Shown: one piece after another, positions 8,009-17,387 of the stretch | How the letters are laid out: every line of letters begins with the position of its first letter | Numbering within the stretch: the first letter of the stretch is position 1 | IMG/VR virus record: IMGVR_UViG_3300023105_001655 | Strand: one strand, 5' to 3' | Length of the DNA stretch: 56,851 nt | Source of the DNA: an uncultured virus (IMG/VR IMGVR_UViG_3300023105_001655) | Taxonomy: Duplodnaviria > Heunggongvirae > Uroviricota > Caudoviricetes | Notes under the pieces: model-generated | What the model saw: only the letters and a program-made list of their open reading frames with translations | Told to the model about the DNA's origin: nothing | The model's database searches: none | Made by a program: the position numbers and the translations under genes

Positions 8009-8395
8009 ATGAGTGAAGAAATTGTAGATGCAAATTTGAATGAAGAAGTGGTGGAAACCCCACAACCTCCTAGTAAACCAGTTAGTATTGGTATTAAACT
8101 TCAGGGTTGTACGCAAGATATCATTGGATATCTTTCCGATGATAAAGAGGGTAACCGATGGATGGTTCAGAACCCAGCTGAAATTCACTATAAATCTGAC
8201 GAGAAGAATAGGGAGGGAGTATTTAGAATAGTCTTTGTTCCTTGTTCTCCTGCTAGTGAAGGGGTTTTGTTTGTCCCCTACGGTCAAATAAATTATGTCT
8301 TTGAACCAAAGGCAGATATTAAGTTGGAATACGAAGCAAAGTTCCAACACACTGCTACTTCTACTAGTTCTAGGACACCAAAATTTGAAGGATAG
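8009..8395 (+). CDS. Hypothetical protein (small beta-rich domain)
   Basis: GGAG SD, clean ORF between hsp20 and gp43. Confidence 0.7.
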   Translation: MSEEIVDANLNEEVVETPQPPSKPVSIGIKLQGCTQDIIGYLSDDKEGNRWMVQNPAEIHYKSDEKNREGVFRIVFVPCSPASEGVLFVPYGQINYVFEPKADIKLEYEAKFQHTATSTSSRTPKFEG

Positions 8396-8398
8396 GGA

Positions 8399-8427
8399 TT
8401 GACATTAACCATCTGTTGTGATACTAT
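8399..8427 (+). promoter_or_regulatory. Sigma70-type promoter for gp43
   Basis: TTGACA-17 bp-TACTAT with extended TG. Confidence 0.75.
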
Positions 8428-8459
8428 GTTACTTTGATTTATTATTTTGGTTATGATTG

Positions 8460-10967
8460 ATGTCTCAAAACTTCTACACTTATGCATGGCAATACGGTAA
8501 CTCCATTTTAGTTAGGGGCGTGAGGAATGGTAAGCGTTTTACGGAACGTCATCCCTTCGCCCCTACACTTTATGTAAAGTCTGCCGAACCATCTCAATTT
8601 AAATCTATTGACGGTCAAAGTCTGAAAGAAATTACTTTCGGAGACAATGCTGACTGTAAAGAATTCTTAGATAATTATTCTAAGATCGAAAACTATCCTA
8701 TCTACGGTCAGACCGATCTGACCTATCAATACCTTTCTTCAATGTATCCAAGTGCGATTGAATTTGACATGAGTCAAATGAAAATCTTGTCCATCGATAT
8801 TGAGACAACCGCCGAACACGGATTCCCAGATGTAGAGAACCCCATCGAAGAGGTTCTTCTTATCTCTGTCATTGACAATGCCACCAAAGAAATCCATACA
8901 TGGGGTTCTGGTGAATGGAAGTGTGTGTCAGAAGAAGTCGAAGGACTGCCCGTGACCTATCACTATTGCAGTGATGAATATGATTTGCTAGAACAATTCA
9001 TGCAGTGGTGGGCAAGTGATTATCCAGACATTGTTACTGGATGGAACATGGAACAGTTTGATATGCCATACTTAGTCAACAGGATTGACCGAGTGTTTGG
9101 CAATGATGCCAAGAACAATCTCAGTCCGTACAACATGACTCGTAAACGTATGGTGCGAGGACACAACCGAGAGATCATGAAGATTGATATCAAGGGTGTG
9201 ATCCAACTGGACTACATGGATTTGTACAAAAAGTTTACTTACACTTTCCAAGAGTCCTACCGACTCGACTACATTGCCGAAGTAGAACTTGGGAAGAACA
9301 AACTTGACACGGGGTTTGAAACTTTCCGTGAGTTTTATGAGAATGATTGGAACAGGTTCATCGACTACAACATCATCGATACCAAACTCGTTGACGAACT
9401 TGATGATAAGATGAAGTTCCTTGAGTTGATTATCACGATGGCATATGACTGTAAGTGTAATTACAACGACATCTTTTCTTCAGTGCGTACATGGGATTGC
9501 CTGTTGTATAACCATCTGCTAGAAAAAAATATCATGATCCCCCAGAAGAAAGAACACTTCTCCAAGGGATTTCCAGGCGGTTATGTGCAAGAACCCAAGA
9601 CAGGAAAATACAAGTGGGTTGTGTCTGTTGATGCTACAAGTCTGTATCCTTCTATCATCATGCAACACAATCTATCTCCCGAGATGCTTGCAGAAAACCA
9701 CAAACCAATTGACTGTACCGTGGACAGTATCTTGGAACGGAAACATCAGTTGAAACTGGCAGATAGCGGGTTGTCCATGGCTGCTAATGGATATCTCTAT
9801 CGAAAAGACAAACAGGGTTTCATGGCAGAGATTACTCAGAAGTTTTTTGATGACCGACAACGGTATAAGAAACTGATGAAACAGGCAGAACAAGAGTATG
9901 AGGATACAAAGAATCCTAAACTCAAGAATGACATTGCCAAGTATCACAACTTTCAGATGGCAAGAAAAATTCAGTTGAACTCTCTCTTTGGTGCGATTGG
10001 TAACAAGTGGTTCCGATACTTTGATGAGCGAATCGCAGAGTCAATTACTTTGACGGGTCAGTTGATTATCCGTGACACTGCCAAGGTAATTGATGAATTC
10101 ATGAACAAGTTTCTTGGCACAGATAATGAAGTGTACTCTTTCTACACCGACACCGACTCTTGTTATTTGACACTGGATACGATGGTGGAGAAACATCTGA
10201 AGGACAAACCATTCGATGAGATTATTGACATCCTCGACAAGTTTGTTGACCAGAAACTTGAACCAGTTATCAATGGCCGGATGCAGGAACTTGGTGATTA
10301 CATGAATGTATTTGACAAGAAGATTGTGTTCAAACGTGAAGGTATTGCTGACACTGGCATTTGGGTTGCGAAGAAAAGATATGCAATGAATGTGTGGGAC
10401 AACGAAGGTGTCCGATACAAGGAACCCAAACTAAAAGTGATGGGGTTGGAGATTGTTCGATCATCTACTCCCGCACCAGTCCGTAGTTGGTTGAAGGAGG
10501 CAGTCAGTCTGTGTCTCAGTGCTGATGAAAAAGAGTTGCAGGACTACGTTGAAGAGACATGGCAGAAGTTTAAGAGTATGCCTCCCGAAGACATTGCCTT
10601 TCCTCGTGGATGCAATAACATTGATAAGTATGTTTCCCGTGAAACAGTTTACACTAAAGGAACTCCGATGCATGTTCGTGGTGCTTTGGTGTATAATCAC
10701 CTTGTTCGCACCCAGAAGATTGAAAAGAAGTATCAGTTGATTCAAGATGGTGACAAGATTAAGTATCTGTATCTCAAGGAACCAAATCATGTCCGAGAAA
10801 ATTGTGTCGGTTTCAATGGTCTGATGCCGAAGGAGTTCGATCTCCATCGATACATCGATTATGATACCCAGTTTCAGAAAGCATTTCTTGACCCACTAAA
10901 TACAATTGTTGAAAGTTTGAACTGGAATACAAAACCAGTTGCTACATTAGAAGGATTATTTTTATGA
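8460..10967 (+). CDS. gp43: Family B DNA polymerase
   Basis: Exo I DIET, DATSLYPSII, KIQLNSLFG, YTDTDS and KKRY motifs. No intein or intron visible. Confidence 0.97.
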   Translation: MSQNFYTYAWQYGNSILVRGVRNGKRFTERHPFAPTLYVKSAEPSQFKSIDGQSLKEITFGDNADCKEFLDNYSKIENYPIYGQTDLTYQYLSSMYPSAIEFDMSQMKILSIDIETTAEHGFPDVENPIEEVLLISVIDNATKEIHTWGSGEWKCVSEEVEGLPVTYHYCSDEYDLLEQFMQWWASDYPDIVTGWNMEQFDMPYLVNRIDRVFGNDAKNNLSPYNMTRKRMVRGHNREIMKIDIKGVIQLDYMDLYKKFTYTFQESYRLDYIAEVELGKNKLDTGFETFREFYENDWNRFIDYNIIDTKLVDELDDKMKFLELIITMAYDCKCNYNDIFSSVRTWDCLLYNHLLEKNIMIPQKKEHFSKGFPGGYVQEPKTGKYKWVVSVDATSLYPSIIMQHNLSPEMLAENHKPIDCTVDSILERKHQLKLADSGLSMAANGYLYRKDKQGFMAEITQKFFDDRQRYKKLMKQAEQEYEDTKNPKLKNDIAKYHNFQMARKIQLNSLFGAIGNKWFRYFDERIAESITLTGQLIIRDTAKVIDEFMNKFLGTDNEVYSFYTDTDSCYLTLDTMVEKHLKDKPFDEIIDILDKFVDQKLEPVINGRMQELGDYMNVFDKKIVFKREGIADTGIWVAKKRYAMNVWDNEGVRYKEPKLKVMGLEIVRSSTPAPVRSWLKEAVSLCLSADEKELQDYVEETWQKFKSMPPEDIAFPRGCNNIDKYVSRETVYTKGTPMHVRGALVYNHLVRTQKIEKKYQLIQDGDKIKYLYLKEPNHVRENCVGFNGLMPKEFDLHRYIDYDTQFQKAFLDPLNTIVESLNWNTKPVATLEGLFL

Positions 10968-12025
10968 GTTTGATTGATAAGTTAAAAAAGAATTCCACAA
11001 TTAAAGAGTCATCTGTATTGACTGACTCCAAGTTTTTCAACACGAAAGATTTGATCCAGACATCTGTGCCTGCTTTGAATGTGGCACTCTCTGGTAAACT
11101 TGATGGTGGACTTACGCCAGGATTGACGGTGTTCGCTGGGCCTTCCAAACACTTCAAGACTGCCTTTGCTATGCTTCTTGCCAAGTCTTATCTAGACAAG
11201 TATGATGATGCGGTGATTCTGTTCTATGATTCAGAGTTTGGTGCGCCTCAGGGTTACTTCCAATCTTTTGGTATTGATACTGACCGAGTTGTACATACTC
11301 CAATCACAGACATCGAACAGTTGAAACATGACTCCATGTCTCAGTTGAATAACATCGAACGGGGTGACCGTGTGATGATTATCGTTGACTCTGTTGGTAA
11401 CTTGGCATCTAAAAAGGAAGTGGAAGATGCACTTGATGGCAAGTCAGTGGCTGATATGACTCGTGCTAAACAGATGAAGTCTCTGTTCCGTATGATCACT
11501 CCTCACTTGACACTGAAAGATATCCCTGCTGTAGTTGTCAATCATACTTACAAAGAGATTGGTATGTTCCCAAAAGATATCGTCTCTGGTGGTACAGGTA
11601 TCTACTACTCTGCCGACAACATCTATATTATTGGCCGTCAACAAGAAAAGACGGGCACAGATTTGACGGGATACAACTTTATTATTAATGTTGAGAAGTC
11701 TCGTTATGTCAGAGAGAAGTCTAAGATTCCAATCGAAGTTTCTTTTGAAGGTGGTATCAGCAAGTGGTCTGGTCTACTGGACATGGCACTTGAATCTGGT
11801 CATGTTGTGAAACCCAGTAACGGATGGTATCAAGTTGCGGCAAATGGCGATGACAGTAAGAAGTATCGCACCAAAGAAACATATCAGAAAGAATTCTGGT
11901 TACCAATTTTGAAAGACGATACGTTTGTCGAATGGATTTCTCAGAGATACCTAATCTCTTCTGATTCTATCATGCAAGCAGAGGTAACCGAGGAGGATAT
12001 TAAAGATGCCTACAGTGAATTGTGA
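10964..12025 (+). CDS. uvsX: RecA-like recombinase UvsX
   Basis: GPSKHFKT Walker A variant, FYDSEFG and DSVGNLAS motifs. Confidence 0.95.
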   Translation: MSLIDKLKKNSTIKESSVLTDSKFFNTKDLIQTSVPALNVALSGKLDGGLTPGLTVFAGPSKHFKTAFAMLLAKSYLDKYDDAVILFYDSEFGAPQGYFQSFGIDTDRVVHTPITDIEQLKHDSMSQLNNIERGDRVMIIVDSVGNLASKKEVEDALDGKSVADMTRAKQMKSLFRMITPHLTLKDIPAVVVNHTYKEIGMFPKDIVSGGTGIYYSADNIYIIGRQQEKTGTDLTGYNFIINVEKSRYVREKSKIPIEVSFEGGISKWSGLLDMALESGHVVKPSNGWYQVAANGDDSKKYRTKETYQKEFWLPILKDDTFVEWISQRYLISSDSIMQAEVTEEDIKDAYSEL

Positions 12026-12182
12026 TCGTTGTGAAACTGCGATAGACCTTGACAATGATCCTGCAATATGTTTTAATAGTGCAGATGATAAGGTTTACTT
12101 ATGTGAACCATGTGTGGAAGATGTAAAGAGAGAATTTATTGATGAGATTAGAGACAGAAATATTATCGAATCTGATATTTGA
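12006..12182 (+). CDS. Small zinc-finger protein (58 aa)
   Basis: GGAGG SD upstream of ATG 12006; MPTVNCDRC...YLCEPC (two CxxC pairs). Not in the ORF track. Confidence 0.6.
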   Translation: MPTVNCDRCETAIDLDNDPAICFNSADDKVYLCEPCVEDVKREFIDEIRDRNIIESDI

Positions 12183-13527
12183 TGAGGAATATGCACGAAA
12201 GGTTATTGCATTTCTAAGAGAGGATTACTTTCTTGATGTAGAACATAGAACAGTGTTTGCATCAATTGCCGAACATTTTCAAAAGTACAATGCATGTCCA
12301 TCAAAAAATGCTCTACTAATCTCTTTACAAAACAATAGAAAAATTACTGAAGACTTGTATGCCAAGTCGGAAGAACTTATCAATGGATTGTCTAATGTCT
12401 CTTCTGATCTGAATTGGTTAGTTGATCAGTCAGAAAAGTTTTGCAAGGATAAGGCAGTTTACAATGCCATCATGCAGTCTATTCAAATCATCGATGGTCA
12501 AGACAAACTACACACCGTAGATTCTTTGCCTAGTATATTGTCAGATGCACTCAGCGTAGGATTTGATAACCACGTTGGTCATGATTATGTTGCTGATGCT
12601 GACATGCGATATGATTTTTACCACCGAGAAGAAGAGAAATTGCCATTTGATCTTGACTACTTCAACAGGATCACCGAGGGTGGACTGAGTAACAAGACTC
12701 TCAATGTGGCACTTGCTGGTACTGGTGTTGGTAAGTCTCTGTTCATGTGTCACTGTGCCGCAGCCTGTATCGAACAGAGTAAGAATGTTTTGTATATCAC
12801 ACTGGAAATGGCAGAGGAACGCATCGCAGAACGTATCGATGCCAACATGATGAATGTGCCAATCACAGACTTGCGTGATCTGTCTAAGAAAATGTTTGAT
12901 GATCGGGTCGAAAAGATCAAGAACAAGATCGATGGACGTTTGATTATCAAAGAGTATCCGACTGCCTCTGCTCACGTTGGACACTTCCGTACACTACTTG
13001 AAGAACTGAAAGTCAAACAGAACTTCATCCCAGACATCATCTATGTTGACTACCTAAATATCTGTGTGAGTCAAAGACTCCGTGGAAATGTTGGTGCGAA
13101 TTCCTACACCATTGTCAAGAGCATTGCAGAAGAAATGCGTGGACTTGCTGTTGAGTTTGATGTGCCGATTGTCACTGCAACACAGACAACCCGTGGTGGA
13201 TACAACAACAGTGATGTTGATCTGACAGATACTTCAGAATCTTTTGGTCTCCCCGCAACCGCAGACTTGATGTTTGCCCTAATTTCCACCGAAGAGTTGG
13301 AACAACAGGGTCATATCATGGTGAAACAGTTGAAGAATCGTTACAGTGATCCTACTCGCAACAAACGATTCATGATTGGTGTTGATCGTGCTAAAATGAG
13401 ATTGTATGATCTCGATGAAGCGGCACAAGATGGTATCCACGACTCTGGACAATCCATTCCAGACGAACCAATCTTTGATAAAACCGATTTCGGTTCTCGT
13501 GCTAACTTAGGTTCAATTAAATTATAA
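12142..13527 (+). CDS. gp41: Replicative DnaB-like helicase
   Basis: AGTGVGKS, YITLEMAEE, VDYLN, TATQTTR, SESFGLPATAD and QLKNRY motifs. Confidence 0.96.
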   Translation: MRLETEILSNLIFDEEYARKVIAFLREDYFLDVEHRTVFASIAEHFQKYNACPSKNALLISLQNNRKITEDLYAKSEELINGLSNVSSDLNWLVDQSEKFCKDKAVYNAIMQSIQIIDGQDKLHTVDSLPSILSDALSVGFDNHVGHDYVADADMRYDFYHREEEKLPFDLDYFNRITEGGLSNKTLNVALAGTGVGKSLFMCHCAAACIEQSKNVLYITLEMAEERIAERIDANMMNVPITDLRDLSKKMFDDRVEKIKNKIDGRLIIKEYPTASAHVGHFRTLLEELKVKQNFIPDIIYVDYLNICVSQRLRGNVGANSYTIVKSIAEEMRGLAVEFDVPIVTATQTTRGGYNNSDVDLTDTSESFGLPATADLMFALISTEELEQQGHIMVKQLKNRYSDPTRNKRFMIGVDRAKMRLYDLDEAAQDGIHDSGQSIPDEPIFDKTDFGSRANLGSIKL

Positions 13528-13530
13528 ATA
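13523..13530 (+). promoter_or_regulatory. T4-type late promoter
   Basis: TATAAATA 5 nt before ATG 13536. Confidence 0.75.
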
Positions 13531-13535
13531 TAATT

Positions 13536-13919
13536 ATGTTTAGTAAAATACTATTTGGTGTCATTCTTGCTGGCGGTGCGGTAGGGTATCTCTACTACAC
13601 CCAGACCCAAGCTGAGCTCATTGAGTTGAGAGAATACAACATGGCGTTGGAACTCAAGACTCAAACCCAAGATGAAACCATAGATAAAATGAATAGTCAG
13701 TACCAATTGCAAGCACAGGCTCTCATGGATTTGACATCCAAAAATGCAGAGATTATTGCTGAAAGAGATCGGTATTTGGATATTTTTCGTAGACATGATT
13801 TGTCTAAACTGGCCGCTGCAAAACCAGGCTTAATAGAACCGAGAGTTAATAATGCTACCAAAGAAGTTTTCGACAGTTTGGAAAGCGACAGTAATTACGA
13901 CTTCGATCCTGATCCTTAG
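13536..13919 (+). CDS. Putative inner-membrane spanin (Rz-like)
   Basis: N-terminal TM helix then a long coiled coil; overlaps a lipoprotein gene; late promoter. Confidence 0.65.
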   Translation: MFSKILFGVILAGGAVGYLYYTQTQAELIELREYNMALELKTQTQDETIDKMNSQYQLQAQALMDLTSKNAEIIAERDRYLDIFRRHDLSKLAAAKPGLIEPRVNNATKEVFDSLESDSNYDFDPDP

Positions 13920-14271
13920 TGGATGTGCGCTGATGAAACAGGCGCCCAGAGAAGTTGAAATTAGAACTGTCGAGATGAAGATTCCAATTCAGCATCCCGT
14001 CATGCCGAGACCCATCGACATGAAAGACCCCAATTGGTATGTGGTGTCTGAAAAGAATATCGAAGAGTTCATGCAGCGAATTCAAAAAGAAACTGGCGGT
14101 GTATTCTTTGCAATGACCCCAGGCGATTACGAACTAATGGCTTACAACCTCCAAGAAATCAAGAGGTTTGTAAAAGAAACTAGAGAAGTGATTATATATT
14201 ATCGTACTGTGACTTCAAATGATGAAGAACCTAAAGAGGAAGTTACAGATGACGGAAGAAACAACGAGTAA
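13852..14271 (+). CDS. Putative outer-membrane lipoprotein spanin (Rz1-like)
   Basis: Lipobox LSGC, Pro-rich segment (IPIQHPVMPRP), overlaps the 3' end of the previous gene. Confidence 0.65.
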   Translation: MLPKKFSTVWKATVITTSILILSGCALMKQAPREVEIRTVEMKIPIQHPVMPRPIDMKDPNWYVVSEKNIEEFMQRIQKETGGVFFAMTPGDYELMAYNLQEIKRFVKETREVIIYYRTVTSNDEEPKEEVTDDGRNNE

Positions 14272-14575
14272 AGAATTTCATCCAGCCGACACCAACGGTG
14301 ATGGTAAAGTAAGCGCAGAAGAACATGCGATGTACATGGAATTCAAGAGGAAAGAACTTGAAGATCAGGATGCCATGCGAGACAGTCAACGAAAGATGGC
14401 TTGGTTTGCCCTCTTTGGAATGTTGCTTTACCCGTTTGCAGTGGTTATTGCTTCTCTCGCCGGTCTTGATCAAGCACAAGGTACTCTTGGCGACATGGCA
14501 CCTACTTATTTTGTTGCTGTTGCTGGTATTGTTGCCGCTTTCTTTGGCGCACAGGCTTTTAGTAAAGGTAAATAA
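14249..14575 (+). CDS. EF-hand plus two-TM membrane protein (holin candidate)
   Basis: DTNGDGKVSAEE EF-hand loop, two hydrophobic helices, basic C-terminus; follows the spanins. Confidence 0.55.
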   Translation: MTEETTSKEFHPADTNGDGKVSAEEHAMYMEFKRKELEDQDAMRDSQRKMAWFALFGMLLYPFAVVIASLAGLDQAQGTLGDMAPTYFVAVAGIVAAFFGAQAFSKGK

Positions 14576-15076
14576 TTGTTATATTTTGATATTGAAGACT
14601 CTTTGACACAAAGACAAAAACACCTTTTCCTTGAACTTGGCAGACACTCCTTTTTCGACCACACTACTGGTGGTGACGATACTCACTTAGATATTGCTGT
14701 GATTTGGGATTACGATTTTGTGCAAGAGATTTCTGCCAAGTATCAAGTCAAACCAACAATGATTTCTCTAATGAGAATCAAGTCTGGTGATGAAGTTGTC
14801 CCTCATGTGGACAATCCATCCCACAAAAGACCAACCAGCGTTGTCTTTCCTTTGATGCCCAAGTCAGACAACTATGCTCCTTGCACCATGTATGACCCCG
14901 ATGATCACCGTACAATCAATATATCATGGAGAGACTGTTATGCCTTTGATACTACAAAATTGCATGGTGTCAATAATAATACCGATTATGACCGATATCA
15001 GGCCCAAATCTGGTTTGATCTGCCTCTAGAAGAGGTTTTTTCCCTCTACAAAAGCAAAAAATTTCTAAGTGTTTGA
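14576..15076 (+). CDS. 2OG-Fe(II)/cupin-fold oxygenase-like protein
   Basis: PHVD...FPL...FDTTKLHGV.N...R motif (HxD...H); TTG start. Confidence 0.6.
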   Translation: MLYFDIEDSLTQRQKHLFLELGRHSFFDHTTGGDDTHLDIAVIWDYDFVQEISAKYQVKPTMISLMRIKSGDEVVPHVDNPSHKRPTSVVFPLMPKSDNYAPCTMYDPDDHRTINISWRDCYAFDTTKLHGVNNNTDYDRYQAQIWFDLPLEEVFSLYKSKKFLSV

Positions 15077-15205
15077 TTTGTAAGGATATTTTTTTCCTTT
15101 AAAATCAATGACTTACATTTTTTTTAATTTTTTTTGCTTTTCCTTTTAAATCAATGGCTTACAGATGTTTAAAAACTTGACATCTGCCCCAATAGCTGTC
15201 ATAAT
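15066..15205 (+). promoter_or_regulatory. Early sigma70 promoter with three IHF-consensus boxes
   Basis: Boxes at 15066-15079 (-), 15102-15116 (+) and 15148-15162 (+) among T-tracts; TTGACA 15177-15182, 17 bp, TG.CATAAT 15200-15205. Confidence 0.75.
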
Positions 15206-15239
15206 ATATGTGTAAATTGAGTTGAGAGAGGTTTTTTTG

Positions 15240-15626
15240 ATGTTTAGATTGTTTCAGTTAGATGTTCCCCGTTCCGAGTTTGATGCCGTCAATGAGATGG
15301 GTTGGACGGAGGCGATGGAAAAGTTTCCCCGAGTTGAGGCTCACATGGCACTGACCATGCGTGGTTCCGAGGCCTATGTGACCGAGTATGATCAATACTT
15401 CCAACATGTCGCTGACATCGATGTAAACGATTGTGAACAGGCATTTTTGGTTCACAATAATCCGCATGGCAATGAGGATTACGAAAAGTTGATCACTCGC
15501 CATGCTCAACAACATTCGATGTCAGTTGGTGACATTCTCGTTGGAGAATATGGTGAAGTCCTAATGGTTGATCCAATGGGTTTCACTCAGTTGATGAGTT
15601 CTTTTGTTGGTGCGGAGGCTGCCTAA
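15240..15626 (+). CDS. YodL-like domain protein
   Basis: C-terminal HSMSVGDI...VDPMGF matches the YodL-type (S.SV.D...VD..GF) signature. Confidence 0.6.
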   Translation: MFRLFQLDVPRSEFDAVNEMGWTEAMEKFPRVEAHMALTMRGSEAYVTEYDQYFQHVADIDVNDCEQAFLVHNNPHGNEDYEKLITRHAQQHSMSVGDILVGEYGEVLMVDPMGFTQLMSSFVGAEAA

Positions 15627-15835
15627 TGCATACTGATAATTATCCCGTTACTGTTGCTATGACCAAGTATCATTTGAAAGGTACTTTGGAAGGTATAAAA
15701 ACCAAAGAACGCATGGGTTTCATGTCTTGGGCTGATGCATGTGCGTGGGCTGGTGAAGTTACCATGTCTGTTCGGGTTCCCTATGTTATTCTTGAGATGA
15801 CCAACGAAAAGACTGGTCAGATGGAGGCTTTTTAA
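15626..15835 (+). CDS. Hypothetical early protein
   Basis: TAATG overlap, GGAGG SD. Confidence 0.65.
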   Translation: MHTDNYPVTVAMTKYHLKGTLEGIKTKERMGFMSWADACAWAGEVTMSVRVPYVILEMTNEKTGQMEAF

Positions 15836-15981
15836 TGACTCTAAGTAAAGCAGGACGTATTATCAACGCTGAGGCCGAGTTCCTTGGCAAGACATGGGAT
15901 TGGGTGATGAATGCTGTCGCCACTAATCCCATGATGTTCCCCAACCGTGTCATCGAGGCACACAAGGTTTTGACATCATGA
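15835..15981 (+). CDS. Small hypothetical early protein (48 aa)
   Basis: TAATG overlap, GGAGG SD, MTLSKAGRIINAEAEFLG...; stop overlaps the next ATG. Confidence 0.6.
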   Translation: MTLSKAGRIINAEAEFLGKTWDWVMNAVATNPMMFPNRVIEAHKVLTS

Positions 15982-16175
15982 TAGATTGGAAGACCGAGTG
16001 GCCCGTGAGGGTGTTCGATGAAGAGCGTAATCGTATTTTAGATGATCCATACTGGTTTGTGGATCGCCATGTAACGATTCGTAAAGACGGCACACAAGTG
16101 TTAGTCTTTGGAGTCGAGCAGATGGAGACCGAGTTGAGAGCTTTGTTGAACGCTGTAAGAAGAGGTGAAAGATGA
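15978..16175 (+). CDS. Hypothetical protein
   Basis: ATGA-coupled ORF in the early operon. Confidence 0.6.
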   Translation: MIDWKTEWPVRVFDEERNRILDDPYWFVDRHVTIRKDGTQVLVFGVEQMETELRALLNAVRRGER

Positions 16176-16399
16176 AACTGGTATTTGCTTTGGTTGTTTT
16201 GATCAATAATTTGCCCAACAATACTGATGGTATGTATTTCCAAAATGCCGCTGACTGTAATCGCAAGGCCTTTGAGACCGAGACGGGTTTCGCTGGTTCT
16301 GGCCCAGACGGTGCTGTAAAAAGTTGGAAGTCGAATGGAGTAAACATTCGTGCGTATTGTGAACCCCGACTAGTTGATAAAGATGCGAGGGCATTTTGA
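16172..16399 (+). CDS. Small exported/membrane protein
   Basis: GAGG SD, hydrophobic N-terminus, two Cys. Confidence 0.6.
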   Translation: MKLVFALVVLINNLPNNTDGMYFQNAADCNRKAFETETGFAGSGPDGAVKSWKSNGVNIRAYCEPRLVDKDARAF

Positions 16400-16587
16400 A
16401 AAGATACTTCAAAGAAATAACCAAGTGGGACAAAGTTGAACACACTGTCCCCAATCACACATATATATTTGAAGACTCAAAGTGTGTGGGATACATCAAG
16501 ACTGGCACTAAAGAAGAAATCATTTTTTCAAAACCTTCCCGCCAGTTTTCAAAAAGTTATCGAAAATTTGTTGAAATATTTCCTTGA
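16396..16587 (+). CDS. Hypothetical protein
   Basis: TTGA overlap; E.T.W...PNHTY...F..S.RKF pattern seen in small myophage proteins. Confidence 0.6.
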   Translation: MKRYFKEITKWDKVEHTVPNHTYIFEDSKCVGYIKTGTKEEIIFSKPSRQFSKSYRKFVEIFP

Positions 16588-16612
16588 CTTTAGTTGATAC
16601 TTTTGTTAGTAT
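16584..16612 (+). promoter_or_regulatory. Sigma70-type promoter
   Basis: TTGACT-17 bp-TAGTAT with extended TG. Confidence 0.65.
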
Positions 16613-16646
16613 AGTAAATTGAAATTGATAAAAAAGGTATTTCATA

Positions 16647-16925
16647 ATGAGTTCTAGTTCAAAAGAACATTTAAACAAAATTGCGGATGGCATCAAAGAG
16701 ATGTCAAACCCAGAAGTTGCACAGAATATTCTTGAAGCATATACATTTATCTGGTCTCTTTTAGACCCAGATAAATTTGGTTTTTCTTGTTCTGCTGAAG
16801 TTCGTGATGAAGCTAGACATGTTTTGGGTTTGAAAAAAGTTGAGACAAATCAGTTAAACTATGCAAAATCTCTTGGTTTGGATGAAAATACTCCAGAAAT
16901 TAAAACCATTGTAGATAAGTTATAA
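16647..16925 (+). CDS. Hypothetical protein
   Basis: AAGGT SD, clean ORF after the promoter. Confidence 0.65.
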   Translation: MSSSSKEHLNKIADGIKEMSNPEVAQNILEAYTFIWSLLDPDKFGFSCSAEVRDEARHVLGLKKVETNQLNYAKSLGLDENTPEIKTIVDKL

Positions 16926-16930
16926 TTTTT

Positions 16931-17007
<77 letters not shown>

Positions 17008-17021
17008 ATTTAGGAAAGTAA

Positions 17022-17324
17022 ATGCCAACTTATAATTTTAGAAACAAAGAAACTGGTGAAGAGTGGGAAGAGTTCATGGGAATTTCTGCTTCCGAAGAGT
17101 TTCTTAAAGAGAATCCACACGTTGAAAAAGTTTTCAACGGTAAGGCGCCTGGTTTGGTTGGCGGCCATGGAGATAGAACAAAACCAGACGGCGGGTTCAA
17201 GGAAGTCCTGTCTAGAATTGCAGAAGCTAATCCAACATCAGCTCTTGCAAATGATTACGGCAAAAAGGACGCCAAGTCGGTTGCAGTGAGAAATCTATCA
17301 CAAAAATATCGCTCATCTGATTAA
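17022..17324 (+). CDS. FmdB-like conserved T4-like phage protein
   Basis: MPTY.F.N..TGE..E...and GFKEVL.RI motif. Confidence 0.65.
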   Translation: MPTYNFRNKETGEEWEEFMGISASEEFLKENPHVEKVFNGKAPGLVGGHGDRTKPDGGFKEVLSRIAEANPTSALANDYGKKDAKSVAVRNLSQKYRSSD

Positions 17325-17387
17325 TTTTGTGTTTCTTTCTGCTATATATATTTAGAACCGTTTAGTAAGCAACAAGAGGGATTTTTT

